This document shows, one piece after another, positions 45,519-58,375 of a stretch of DNA of 64,000 nucleotides. Source of the stretch: Vicugna vicugna (taxonomy: Eukaryota); contig MU059972.1 of NCBI GenBank assembly GCA_013265495.1, positions 761,915-825,914 of the forward strand, given 5' to 3'. The position numbers and the translations under genes were made by a program. The notes beneath the pieces were generated by a model that was given only the letters and a program-made list of their open reading frames with translations, made no database searches and had not been told where the DNA came from. The first letter of the stretch is position 1; every line of letters begins with the position of its first letter.

Positions 45519-47544
45519 GGCTGGCGCCCAGGCCACACCCCACGTGGATTCTGTGCCTGGCCGTGGGGCTCGGCCTTTGGTAATTTTTAAGCTTCAGGGC
45601 AGGGTGATGTTGAGCTGGCCAAGAGTCCTGCCCTGGAGACTCCTGAGAGTGGGGGCTGGCTCTCCGGTCCGGGGGAGGGGGCCTTGCTGTGTTGCTGTGG
45701 GCAAGGCCCAGCTGGCTGCCTTCTGAGCGCCACCTCGCTCTGTGATGAGCTCTGGTAGCAATGGCTAGTTCTGCCGTGTTTTCATAGTGAGTGGTGGGTG
45801 CTGGATTAGGCCTTCAGAGGGTGTTAGTCAGACTGGTGCCCTGAGCCGGCTGGTGAGGGTTTGAGTCATCCTGGGGTGCCCCCTCCTCCACGCCACGCCC
45901 AGCTGGACTCCCCGACAATCCCACCTCCACCTCCTGGTCATGACAGGGACTCCCCGGCTCCCCCAAGAAGGGTGACGGCCTCAGATGGCTTGCCTGTTGT
46001 GCCTGCAGCCCTGGGGAGTCAGGACCCATGGCTGGAAGGTTCTAGAGCGACATCAGGGCAGAACGCTGTGTGATTCCCAGGGAATGGGCCACGCCTCCCG
46101 ACTCTTGAGCGAAGGGCCATCCAGAAACAAACACTGGCCGCTGGGCAGGTGGTTAGAATGCGGTTAGGGCGCTGGAATTGTGTCAGTGGCTCGGGAAACA
46201 CGCAGCGCGGTGTTGTGGCTCTGCCTGTCGGATGGGCCTCCTGCCTCGCGGGCCCGCCCACCATGCGCTGGGCGTCACCTGCGCCAGCCTGATTGTCGCT
46301 GTCGTGTTACTGTTGAGAATGGGGACACTTCCTCCTTTTCGTAGCGTTTTCACTACCACCATCTCAGTGGGAAGACGGAGGCCTGGGACGGCAGGGCCCT
46401 GCTGGAACCCCGGCCTGAGAGTCCCCCCTGGCGGGGGGTGATGCTCAACTAGGTGCTCAGAGCCAGTGGAGAGCCCAGGTCTGTCCCGTCCAGAGGCCTG
46501 CAGAGTGAGGGGTGGGGCTTGCTTTCCTGTGCAGCCTTTGGGAGGAGACACTGCCTCCTGCAGGCCCTCAGAAGAGTGAATGAGTCACAGGACGGGGGTG
46601 CCTGGCTGATGGGACCCGAGGGGTCAGTGTGTGTGTTTTCAGGAAGGGGCTGGGGTCAGCCTGGGAGCTGAGGACGGGTCACCTGTGGTCATCTCCCTGG
46701 CAGCCGGGCCCAGCGGGAAGGGCCCTGCAGAGGAAGTGTGGATGGTGGGGAGGATCTGGATCCTGGCCCCAGGGCTGCCTCCTGGGTGGCGCGCTCCCTC
46801 TGACATGGCACTGCATTTGCTTTCGGGGCTCAGAGACCAAGAGGCAAAGGAGCCCCGCCTGCTCTGAGCACAGCCGCAGGGGACTGCCTTTGGTTTGCAG
46901 TGTCGTGAGACAGAACCAGCCACTACAGGAGGCCCCTCCGGCCGCCTCCAGCTGCTCTTGACCACCCTGGTCATCAGAAACCCCTCTCCTTAGAGTCCAG
47001 TGACGCTGGCCTTTTGTCTGTCATCTGCTTTAGAAACACAGAGACAGATATTTTTATGCAGGTTCCTTTCTGTGGAGAGTTTTTCCTTCTGGTTACTGAA
47101 GCAGTCTCACTCCTCGACACGGTGAAGACGTGGAGCACTTCAGACGCGGCTTCTGCGAGGCAGCGGCCTTGGGTGCCTGCCTCCCGCTTTCCCTCGGGGG
47201 GAGCAGGGGCCGGAGCCTGAGGCTGCGCCGGAGAGGTTGCAGGTGCTCTGGGCTGAGCTCCGTCCCACTCTTGACCTTTGAACCCCTCTGAGTTGAGTTA
47301 AGCCTGTTTCCTGGGGGAGTTCATCCACTCCCCCAAGAACACACAGGCAGGAAATGAATCTGGGGATGAAATCTGTTCCTTCCCTGGGCAGGTGAGTCCC
47401 ACCCCTTCTGTGGGCGGGGTGTTACCTGTGGGAGGGCCTGGGTGGAAGGTCTCAGGGAGCAGAGGGGGGAGGCTGGCTTTGCTGGAGGGGTCTGTGGGTG
47501 GCAGCAGCCTCTACCCTGCGCTGAACTGGCCAGGTCCTCACCCC

Positions 47545-47590
47545 TCTCTCTGCGCCTCAGTTTCCTTGCCTGTAAATGAGACAATAAAAG
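47545..47590 (+). mobile_element. MIR core fragment
   Basis: ctctgcgcctcagtttccttgcctgtaaatgagacaata resembles ctctgagcctcagtttcctcatctgtaaaatggggataata. Confidence 0.65.
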
Positions 47591-50500
47591 CTTCAAGGCT
47601 GATCCCAGGTCTCTGATCTCTGCCTCTGGACTGGAGTAGGGGCAGGGCAGCCCTCCCACTCACCGTCCTGGAGGGCCCAGAGCCCCGGAGCGCTTTCCCA
47701 GATGTGCCGGCCCAGCCTCAGTGCCCGTGGCCAGCAGCCCGGCTGGGCCTCTGGGGGCCAGAGTGGAAGGCGGCCCACCACCAGGGTCCCCGCACGCAGG
47801 TCAGCCCAGCCAGCCTCAGGCAGCTCCCAGGAGGGGGAGGCGTGGTGTGCAGGGCCCGAGGTGTCTGCAGCCGGCAGCCGGCAGCCAGCAGCCGGCCCCC
47901 AGCCCCCAGTGTGACGCCCGCCTGCACGGATTCCTGGGCTCACGTGGGACCTCTCCCAGTCCTCCCAGTTCATTCAAGCGTTCTCTCACCCAGGTCTCAC
48001 GGGACAGAGCTCTGGACAGGAGCCTAGGTTCTGGTTCAGGGCCAGTGGTGGCGGGCGTGGGAGGGGCCAGGCCAGTTCTTCTTTCTCACCAGGCTGAGGG
48101 CTCCTTGCTGTGAAGGCAGGTCTGGGTCCCCCCAGCTCCCGGTGCCTTGTTTCTGTAGGTGTCTTTGCCGCGTTTGTTCACACTTTGCTAAGCACGGATG
48201 GAAGGAAACAGGGCAGCTGGTGACCTGTACCCAGCGGTGTGCCCCCAGCAACACCACGCAGAACAAGAGCCCACCCGAGCACGGGGCTGGACAGGCCTGG
48301 GGAGACCCGTCTGCTGGAGGGAGAGAGGCGGTCAGCCAGGCTGGGGAGGGGGCAGGATGGCAGATTCAAGGCACCAGACAGGTGCAGCGCCCCCAGGTCG
48401 GGCCCTTTGTGGAATGAAGCGAACAGGTGGTCTGGGGAGTGGGGGGCTCTGATGCCCTGGTGGTGGCCAATCGAGGGTCTGGGTGGGGTGGGATGGGGAG
48501 GGCGCGGCAGGAGCAGGGCTGGGGAGGGCTGCGGCTCAATCCCCTCCATCTGCTTTGATGTTTTTAATTTAGATTTAATTACACGAGTGATGTATGAATA
48601 CTTGTCATGCAGCAGTGAAATGCCAGAGAAGATTAAGATCCTTTTTCACCCCTTTCTCCCCGTTCTCAGGAGAAAGCCTTGGTCAGTGGCCGGGGGCCCA
48701 ACGCTGCTGTGGTCCCTGCGCGTGGGGTGAGGTGACTCTAGGTCCTGGGGGCCACAGCAGCGCTCCCCCTGCCTGCTCACAGAGGAGCGTGTTTCCAGGG
48801 GTGAGCTGGGATCAGGAGCCTCCTGGGCTGGCGGTGAGGCTGGGACCAGGCCTCGGTGGTCCTGAGGGGGTGTGACGGGCAGCCGCCCGGTGACTCCAGG
48901 GCACCCTCGGGCCAGCGTGCTTGGCCTCCCCAGTCTCTGCGCCATCGCGGGGCTGTTGCTGAGCGGGCGGGTCGACTTCTCTGGTGTGTTTTAACACCAT
49001 AATTATAGGGAGTATTTTTGGTTCCCTGTAACGGGGCCAGCTGTTTACCAGGCTCCGACCTGCACTGTTTTTCTCTGTAAGTAAATATAGCCGGGCCTCT
49101 GCTTCTGCCCCAGGACAAAGAGGGACCGTGGCCACCTCGGCTGCCTCTTGTGGTTTCCTTTCCCGGTGAACGGGCGGCTGAAACGGGCCCAAGCGCCCGC
49201 CAGCTCTGCCAGGGGCCCTGCCTCTGTCCTGACAGCAGGTGGGGGCTCGGGACTCTGCGTGCGTCCGGGTCTGTGACCTGAGCACGTGGTGGGGAGCTGT
49301 CCCAGCCGCAGAGCTGAGGCTGGGGGAGGCCCATCCCTCCCTGGCTATCCTCGCCTCCCCTGCCCCTTAGTGGCCGTCGCCCTCTGGGGGAACACAGAAG
49401 AACAGAATCACTACGTGTACAGATGGCTTGGGCCTGTGGGAGCAGCCAAAGGTGGTGACTGTGGTCAGGCCAGAGGGGCCTTCTGGGCAGGGGCCCCAGG
49501 GAGGGGCCCAGAACCTCCAGCCTCCCCCCTCCCCCCCCTCAATTACTTGATTTTTGTTTATGGTTAAAACACCATTTAAAACAACGCATCGTCCTAACAG
49601 CACTAAAGGGAGCTTTTTAAAAGGAAATGCAGCCGCCGCCGCAGCGGCTTCCCCCTCCTCTCCCCTCGCGGACGGCCGGGATGGTAGTGACCACAGGACG
49701 CGGCCTCCCAGAGCTCCGAGCAGGCTTGGTGCTGTGTGTCTCTGCCTCCTCCCCCGGGGTGGGGGCGGGTGCTGATTCACCCGAGAGCAGGCCGCCCACG
49801 CTGCCCAGGCCCCCGGGTGAGCGCCTCCCAGCAGGCTCGCCTCGTGTCTGGGTGTGGTTGACAAGCTGCCTCTCTGAGTACGAGGTCGCAGGGCCTCAGC
49901 TCCCCAGCCCCCTGGAGCACAAGGCCTCGGTCCCCGCGTGCCCGTGTGGGCGGCGGCCCTGACCGCCTCCTCCAGCGGATGGGTCACGTGGGCACACCTG
50001 CGTTGCTTTCCCGACTCAGTGTCCACTCGTCACCCCACCTCCTCTGCAGCCTCCATCCATGTCCACGGGCAGACTCGGGACCGCCTTGCCCTCCTGGCCC
50101 AGGCTTCTGGCCCTGGGTCTAGGTGTGTCCATGACTGAGTGGCTTTCCAGGGACACCCAAGAGCTGCCCACTTCCCACCACGCACAGTCTGCTGCCTCTG
50201 CCTGGCCCGGGGCCCCCGGTTATCTAGTCTCCCCTGACTTTCCTGTTTTCTGCACGTTTAGTCCTAAGAGGTGAGCAGGTGTGGCGCCGTTTCGTGGATG
50301 AGCACACAGGGGCTTAGGGTGGCGTTACGGGGACAGTGGCCATCGGCGGCAGATCTGCTGGCCCCTGGAGCCAGGGTTCTTGCCCTTGACACTCCTGCCA
50401 CCCGGGAGCACCGGCCCCATGCCTTCCACGCATCAGCGTTCAGGGGACCTGCAGTTCTTCCTCCGGCTGTGCCTCTTGCCCCCCACACCTCCAGCTTCTT

Positions 50501-50949
50501 TCTGGTCTCCCAACACCCCGAGCTTGCCCTCGCCCCGGAACCTGCTGGCCGCCCCCTGCCACCACCTGCTGTTGCTGCCCCCTCCTCCCTCCGGCACACT
50601 CGGTCATTCTGCCACCTTCTGTCAGTCACTCGCTTGGCAGATGTGCAGAGAACCTGCCTGAGCCAGGCCCTGCCTTAGGGTTCGGGGTCCCGACTGGACC
50701 CCCAGAGGAGGACGGTCCTTAGTCCACACTGAGATGTCAGGAGCAAGCAGTGAAGGGCCCAGACCTTAAGTCTCCTGCCTGGTGGGTTGAGAGTTGAGCA
50801 CCGCCACGTACCAGCTCCCCAAACGAGATGGAGAATGCTTCTGTGCCTGCTGGTCACCCCCACAGCTCTGACTTCTGTCCCCAGGTCGGTTCTGCCAGCA
50901 CCTGGGGGTCCCTGTTTGAGGAACTGCCAGGCCGTGTGCATCTGTGTTG

Positions 50950-51530
50950 GCTGCCTTCGCTCCGCACCGAGGTCCTGTGAGTCGCATGTGACCGTGTGTG
51001 GCAGTGCTTCCTCAGTTTTGGTGTCGCATCTGCTGACCTGTTCTCCCGTCCTTGCTGGCAAGTGCGTGCCCGGCGGCTGGGTGCCTGCTGCCCCCGGGCG
51101 CACACTGGGATTTCATTCACTTCCTGGCGTGGGGTTGCACGCGTTCACCTCGAGGAACTGCTGTCTGTCCTTCTGGCTGTCATTCCTGCTCCTGCGTGGG
51201 GAGGTTCCAGGCGCCACACCCTCGCCGGCCGCACGTGGCGTGCCTCTGACTTTGGCTGGTTCGTGGGTGTGAAGTGGTGTCTCCTGAGGCTTCAGTCTGC
51301 GTCACCCTGATGCTGGATGGTGTTAATCGCCCGGGGTGTCTCTTCTGTGTCTGTGTCTGAGAGTCTCTCACACAGCCAGGAAGGTCGGGTTGCCCCTTCC
51401 TTGTGGACTCCGGCTTTGAACCTCTTTGTCAGCCTTTTGTCCTGTGGGCGCTTTCCCTGCCTGTGGCTTACGGAGCCTGGCCGTCTTTTTGGCGTCCTTT
51501 TAAGAGCAGGTGTTTTTAATTTGAAGTCCC
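50950..51530 (-). mobile_element. Ancient L1M ORF2/3' fragment, GC-shifted
   Basis: ccacaccctcgccggc...gtgggtgtgaagtggtgtctc...gtctgcgtcaccctgatg...ttaagagcaggtgtttttaatttgaagtcc is colinear with the L1M reverse complement. Confidence 0.65.
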
Positions 51531-54500
51531 GTGAATTGGGATACGCTCTCTTAATGAGTTAGCTTCCTGCGGGGACACCCTCCCCACGCCTGCCTCGCCC
51601 TGGGGGGCCGAGGCCTGGGTGCCTGGCCCTTGGGGCCTCCCGCTGTGTTTCCTGACGGGTGGGCCGCTCCTCTTGGGCTGGGCTGGGCTCTCCTGCCTCT
51701 GCCTGCTACCCACCCCCTCCCCTGCTGCCTGCCCATCCCTCCGCCTGCTCTCGGGCCTCTAGGCCCCCTGTCCTGCCATCTGCAGGCTCTTGTCCTGGGT
51801 CACTGCAGCTGGGACTGTCGCTCTGCCCTCAGTGTGGCCTCCCTGGACCTCCTGTCGGATGAAGCAGGCTCCTTTCAGCCTCCGGGCCCCCCTCCCTCTT
51901 GTTCTCGGGGGTGCAGTGACCATCTATGTGCATGGCCTGTTTTTCCTCCAACTGTTCCCTTCAGATAAACTCCAAGGACAGCACAGTCTGGGCTGTCAGG
52001 TGCACACCGGCCCGGGCATGGTGTCCTGTGTGACCCGCTGTGGGTCTTCCCACAGAGGAGCCGTCTGGGTCCTTGGGCCCTGTCCATCCAGGACGTCAGC
52101 ACTGCATTGCCTGCTTCCTCTTCTGTCCTCCGGGACCTGGCTCAGCTTGGCAGACTCAAGCCTGTTTCCCTGGTCTGTGCAGCCAGGCTCCCAGCCTGTC
52201 CCCCAGCCCCGGTCCTGAGCGAGCGCGCTCCACCCTGCACTGTCCCACTGTCGGAGTGGCGCCTCTTTGTCCCTTGGCGCTGTTGCCCATCGGTGTCGTT
52301 GTGGCCTCGTCAGGGCCAGGGCTGGCCATCGCCGCGAGCTGCAGGTGGGAAGTGGACAGAGGCAGAGTCTGGAACCAGCTGGCTGTGACTGCTCGGGGCC
52401 CCACCGGCTCTCAGCCCTGCCCGCTGACCACTCTTGTCCTGCCGCTGGGCTGCATCCCACACCTTATCAGGGGTGCAGACCTCTCCAGCCGGGGGAGATG
52501 GCCCGCTGGGCCCTAATCTCCAGAAGTCAGGAGCGGTGGAGGGACTGGCAGGGGGTGTGCGTGGCCCAGGGACAGTGGCCTCAGTCCCCATGTGGGCCCA
52601 GGAATGGTGCCTGAGGGGCCCCTTGGCGGGCAGCTTTGCTCCGGAGCGGGCTGTGCAATTTGTGCGCTCTGTGACCTCGGCAGGGACCTCTCCAGCCTCT
52701 GTTCCCTCTTCCTGGCAAACGGGCAGATGACGTGACCTCGTGAGAACGAGATTAGCACAGGAGCAAAGGGCTCAGCAGGGTCCTAGACACAGGGCAGGCG
52801 GTGGGCTCTGGGTCCTGCGTCCCTGTGTCCCTTGCAGAGGAAGCCAGGGGACGCCGGGCCCAGAACCACTGGGCCCTCTTCCTCCCTCTTCCTGCCCTGT
52901 TGGGCCGTCCACCACTGCCTAGCCAGACTCTGGCCCTCCGAGTCTGGGGGCCTCCAAGTGGCCTCCTGTCCCTGGGGTTGCAGGTGGAGACACTCCAGCT
53001 GGGGGGCGCTGACCTCCCCTCCCAGAGCAAGGCCAGGCCTGTGCTGAAAGGGCAGGTCCCAGGCCACACGGGGAGAGCCTGTCTGCACTCCGTGGGGTGT
53101 CCCGCCTCCCGCCTGCCCCTCCACACGTCCACCGCTTTCCCTAGAGCGAGGCCCCGCAGCCCCTCCTCAGCCCCTCCCCATCACCTCCCGGGCCCCCAGG
53201 ACCGGGTGGGCAAACCACATCTCCCGCAGTTCCCTGGGAGGGCCCTGCTGCCCTGCTCTGTCTGCCCCTCCTCCTTGCGGCCGCGGGGGACCAAGGGCTG
53301 GAAGCCAGGAGTTACTTGCAGGGGCCAGGGGCCCACGCGGAATTGAGCCCCAGCTGGGAGGAGACCGCTGACCCTCAGGGGCCGGAGGGCGTGTGAGGCA
53401 GTCGGAGGACTGATTAGGGTCTCCAGAGGAGGCTCCGGGAAGCCTGGGGGCTGGACAGGCTGTATCACGTTCCAGACCCGAGACACACTTCCAGGAGCCA
53501 GTTGGTGTCTTCGGGGTGGCGGCCTGGGGCGGGATGCTGAGGACCTGTGGGATGAGGTGGCCCCTGGGGAGGGCTGTGCTGTCAAGGGGCAGGGTGGGGA
53601 CAGGTGTGCCTCTGCGGGGTGACCCACGGACATGGGCGGGAGCTGCAGGGGTGGCCCCTCAGAGGGGAAGGAGGCCGCTTGTCTTGTGCCTCTCTGCCAG
53701 CCAGACTCAGGCTCTCTCCTCACAAGCCTGGCCGTCTGCGGGCGGGACCTCGTGGTGTGAGCATGGCTGCCAGCGGACTCGGCTCCCAGCGCCTGTCCGC
53801 TGGTTGCTTGTAACTTGAGGCTGGCTTCCTCGCTGCACTGTGTTCTTGGTGGTAGCTCTTGCTGGCGGCTTTCCTAGACTCTGGGCCCATCACAGTTTCT
53901 TCACTGGCCCCTGTGCAGAGGGTCCAGGATTCCTGTCCCTCCTTCCAGTTCTGACCGCAAGTGTGTGACCTCAGCCCGTGGAGACACGAGGGGCTGGACC
54001 CCAAGGCAGTGGGACTGTCACCACTGGCGGGGTGGTCGTGCAGTGGCTTTGCTTGGAGTCCAGCCTTCTGCCAGGGTGGCCGCAGGACGTCGGGGTGTTG
54101 TGGACGGGTGTTTGGGTAGTGTCACCCCTGTGTCACCCCTGCAGATCCTGTCCTGTGCCCGGGTGGGCAGTGAGGGCCGCTGGGGTTGCTCTGGGACCTC
54201 CGTCCTGAACACTGTCAGCGGGCGGCTCCGAGGCCCTGCTGTGCTGGGACTCAGGCTCCGGCTTGCCCGGCAGCCGCTTTGAGGCCACGCGGGCCCCCCT
54301 CCTCGGCCGGAGCGGCAGGCGGCCTTGAACAGAGTGGTGGGATGGAAGCGCCCCAGGCCGAGCTTCAGCCTCTAGCCTGTCCTGTCAGACGAGTCTCCAA
54401 GCCTGGCTCTGCTGCTGGGCGCCCTGCGGGGAGCGACTCAGCCTCTCTGGGCCTGGAGCCTGCACTGCCCCAGCCGTCGCCCTTCCTTCGTGGGGCCTCT

Positions 54501-57500
54501 CTGTGCCCCAGTAACTCCATCTCTAGTGAGCAAGATTAGCGCCTGCCCTGCCTGACCTCATGGCCCTTGGGGCGACCTGCCAGGTGAGGGGGGCGGTAGT
54601 ACCTTGTGAGTGCTAGGCGGGCCAGGGCCGCCTCGCCCACGCCCCCGGGCACATCGTCAGGACGAGGGTGCCACCCAGCGCTTTCATCCAGGAGCCCCTG
54701 GCTGGAGCCTCCGGGCACGGGGGTGGCCTCACTTGCGGGGAATCCCAGCAGCTTGGTGACGGCTGCCGTGAGGCAGGGGTGGCGGGGTGAGGACACGGGG
54801 CTTCAGGCTTGCTCAGGCGGGCACAGTGGGACCTGCTGGGTCTGGCTGAGTCACGGCTGCTGGTGTCCCCGTGGGCCAGCAGCAGATGCACCGTGCGGCC
54901 AACTCCCTGGGCCGCTGGTGGGAGGGCGGTCCCCAGCCCAGGCGGGAAGCGGCTGGCCGGGCAGGTGTGCGTGGAGCCCTGTCCTGGGTGGCGGGCGCCC
55001 CTCCGGGCTCTCCCAGCGTGGCAGGCAGGACGCGTCTCTGGTGCTCCCCCGCCCCGAGTCCCGCCCCAGGCCTCCTGCCGGCTCCGGAGGCAGCGGGGCG
55101 CAGGGTCTCAGCTCCCAGGAGATTAAACAGGTTCCACGCCCACAGCTGGGAAGGATAGGAACTGGAGTCCGCGGGCAGCGTGACCTGTGGGGGCACAGGG
55201 GACGGGCTGTCCTGGGGCTGCTTGTGCCTGAGGGTCCTGCTCAGGCTCCCGCAGAAGTCCATCCAGCCCAAGGGTGTGAGGGTGGGATTGTGTGTGTGGC
55301 CTGCAGGGCAGATGGGAGGGACCCCAGCCTGCGCACATGTCTGCACAGGGGCGGGGGCACCCCTGGCCTCAGGAACCCTGGAGGTGGAGGGACACCCTGG
55401 GGCACCAAGTGGCCCACGTCTCCGGCTCACCTGCCCTCGACTGCAGCAGCTGGACGGGGCATGGGAACCACACAGCCTGTCCACGTGTAGTGGGGACCCA
55501 GAGGGACAGGGCGGGGGCCGGCCCAGTGCCGCTTTCGGCCTCTTCCCCCAGGTTGACCCAAGCCTGCAGGTTCCTGGAGGCTCAGCCCTGACTCTTAGAA
55601 GCAGGAGAGCCTGCAAGAGTGTCTGTGGTCAGGGCACAGTGATGGGAAGTCCCGGGGCCCCCGGCTTGAGGCAGGTGGCCGGCATCTCCCAGGGCAGCCT
55701 TCGGCCTCGGGTGGGCCCAGGCCGGGCCTCTGGGGGCCGTCAGCAAGCTCCCGACCACAGCCTCTGAGGCAGCTGGGGTTGGCGTCCCCACCTCGAGGCG
55801 AGGGAACTGAGGCTCAGGTAGCTCACACGGCCACAGAAGTAGGGCCAGGCCTCCGGCCAAGGCTGCTCTGGCACAAGAGCCGCCAGGCCCAGGGGCACAT
55901 CCTCACCGCTGGGGGTGTCTCTGGCGCTCGGTGACCTGCCACCACGGGTGGCAGCCCGGAGGTGACAGCTGCCCCTATGCTGACGGGCCGAGGCCTCTGG
56001 GGGCAGAAAGGGCTGGCTGAGACTGGGGGAGGTGGATGCGAGCTGGCCCACTCCTCGCTGCCAGGAAGGGTCCATCGATCCTGGCCTCCCTGGGGAGGAG
56101 GGAGCTGCTAGGATGGAGGCATGGCCCTGGGGGTGGAGCTGGCTCCTGCCTTGCGGGGGCCTGTCTCTCGTGGTCCCTGGGGACCCCCGCCGCTATCTGC
56201 TGCTTGCTTTGCTGTTACGAATTAGATTAGTTTTCCATAAAAACAGGATGTGGTGGGTGAGAGGCAGCGCTCAATCTTTTTTGTCACTCTTCTTTTTCCA
56301 GGAACTGAATGTATGGCTTCAGCCAGGGCGGCCCTGTCCCTGCCCGCCGCCTCCCCAGGGTGCGGGGACCGTGCTCTCTGCTCTTAAGTGGCTGCTCCTC
56401 CTCTGGTCTGGGGAGCTAACTCCATCATCCCGAGCCAGTGGGGACACTTCTGCCGGGTGGTCTGAGAGCCAGGCGGGTGTGGGAGGAGGGGACACTGCGC
56501 AGGCTGCTCTGGACAACTGCAGTGCTGGACTGACCCTGGTGATGGCCTGCGCCTCGGCCCCTCCCGCGTGGTGGCCCAGAACCTTGGGGGTTTGAACCTG
56601 GGTCTGGAGGGTCCGCTGAATGGAGGAGGGTGTGAGCTGCGGGGCTAGTCTTGGGGAGCCCTGGGCACATCCGGGAAGGCTGGGTTGGGGTGTTAGGGAG
56701 TATGGGTTTGTCCCGTGGGTGATGGGGCCACAGAGAAGGGAGTGTGGAGCTGAGCTCCGGGCCTCCTGGCTCCCCTCCCTCTCTGCTCCTGAGACTCTGG
56801 CCTGAGGCTGCTGCTGCTTGCCTGCGGGGATCGGGGGCTGGGGGGTCTGCCCCACAGGTAAAGGCCTGGCTCTGCCACTAGCTGGCTGAGTGGCCTCGGC
56901 TTGTGACCTGCGGGGACCTCCGCGGGCACTGTCCCTGCTCTGGGAGCAGACAGTGCTGGGGCCTCCTCCCGCCGTGGGCTTGTCCTGCGAGCGCGGGGCC
57001 GGTGCCGTGGCTGAGAGCTGACGGCGCTGCACTTGGTGGGGTGAGTTGGGAGGTTCCAGCAAAGCCGGTTACTCCCTCCAGGGGCTTCGTGTCTCAGGAA
57101 GCTTCAAAGTGGATTTAAAAGGGGAACAAGCCCCCAGATCCGCTCAAGCCTGTGTTGGACAAGCTGGCGGGGGCGTGGGGGCCTCTGGGTTCTGGGCTCC
57201 TGGAGTTGGGTGTGGCCGGGGTGGGCCCCCGGGAGCCCAGGCCGGGGGCACCTGGCTGGCAGGCACGGGCCGGGCCCAGGAAGGCCAGTGCCCGTCAAGG
57301 CCACTTTTGTTATTTCCGGACCCAACAGAGCACGGCCACAGGCCCTGATGCCCCCCTGGAAGTGACCCCACGTGGAATTCCAGGGCACACGAGTAGCTCT
57401 CTGCTGGAAGGATATTCCACAGTTCACGCGTGCTGCCTTCCGGGGAGGGGAGGGGGCGGGGGGCTAGTGGAGGACCCCCTGGGCCTGGTGGGCGCCGCTC

Positions 57501-57989
57501 CACCTGGTGAGACGTGCGCTGCCCGAGAGCCGGGTGGGAGCTGACCCCGTTCCCGGGAGGAGTGAGACCTGCTGGTTTCCTATTTCTGAGTCTCTCAGCA
57601 TCCGAAAAACTCCTGAAAAGGGAGGAAAGAAAGTGAACGTTCCACCAGCCGGTCGGGAGCCTTTCCTGCTGAGGGGAGACTGCAGCCTGCTCCCCGCCCT
57701 TTGGAGCCAGGGTTCAAGGCTGGGGAGACCACTGGCGTCCTCCCCGCGGGGGTGGCTGCATCCCGTTCCAGGGGCTGGTGTCCTGGGGGTGGGGCTGAGC
57801 TGCCCGCCCAGGCTGGTCATTAGGAGCCGACAGTGTTGATTTTTCCCTTGGTCTCTGTGAGCTGGTTGAACTTCCCAAGCCCACGGGGGGCCCCCGACAC
57901 CCTGTCCATCCCAGCCCTGTGGTCCCCTGGACCTCAGAGACGGCCAGGTCAGCCTGCTGCTCTCAGTGCGGTAACTTGAAAGCCTGTGC

Positions 57990-58375
57990 AGGGGCCAGCG
58001 TCCTCTAGAGAAGCAGAGCCAGTTGCACGTAGATGGGAAGGTGTGGTGTTTCAAGTAAGATGCAGATACACGTACACACGAGGAGGAGAGAGAAGGAAGG
58101 AGCTGGCTCACACAATTGTGGGGCCAGTCTGAAGTTTGCGGGGAGCCCGGCAGGCTGGAAATTCAGGCAAGACGCGATGTTGCAACCCTGACTCCAAATT
58201 CCAAAGGACGCTGAAGAATTCCTTCCTCCTTAGGGGCCTGAGGCTCTGCCACCACACGTTGGGGCTCTGATTGGCCACACGTTAGGGAGGGTGTCTGCTG
58301 TCCCCAGTGCGCCGATCTGTGTCTCAGTGCCCTCACCCTCACAGCAGCTGGAGACTCAGAATTAACTGCCACACC
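57990..58375 (-). mobile_element. MLT2 (ERVL) solo LTR
   Basis: cctctagagaagcagagcc...gagctggctcacacaattgtgggg...gcaggctggaaattcagg...gatgttgca...gaattccttcctcct...ctgattggcc...aattaactgccaca follows the MLT2B/D reverse complement. Confidence 0.7.

Noticed and set aside
47865-47900. Short GCAGCCG tandem repeat; likewise the 11-bp duplication at 54119-54140
   Set aside because: Ordinary slippage products with too few units and no spacers; nothing CRISPR-like exists in this eukaryotic sequence.
57485-57510. CTCF-like motif (minus strand CACCAGGTGGAGC)
   Set aside because: Partial match in GC-rich sequence where such hits are frequent; not callable without a matrix scan or ChIP.
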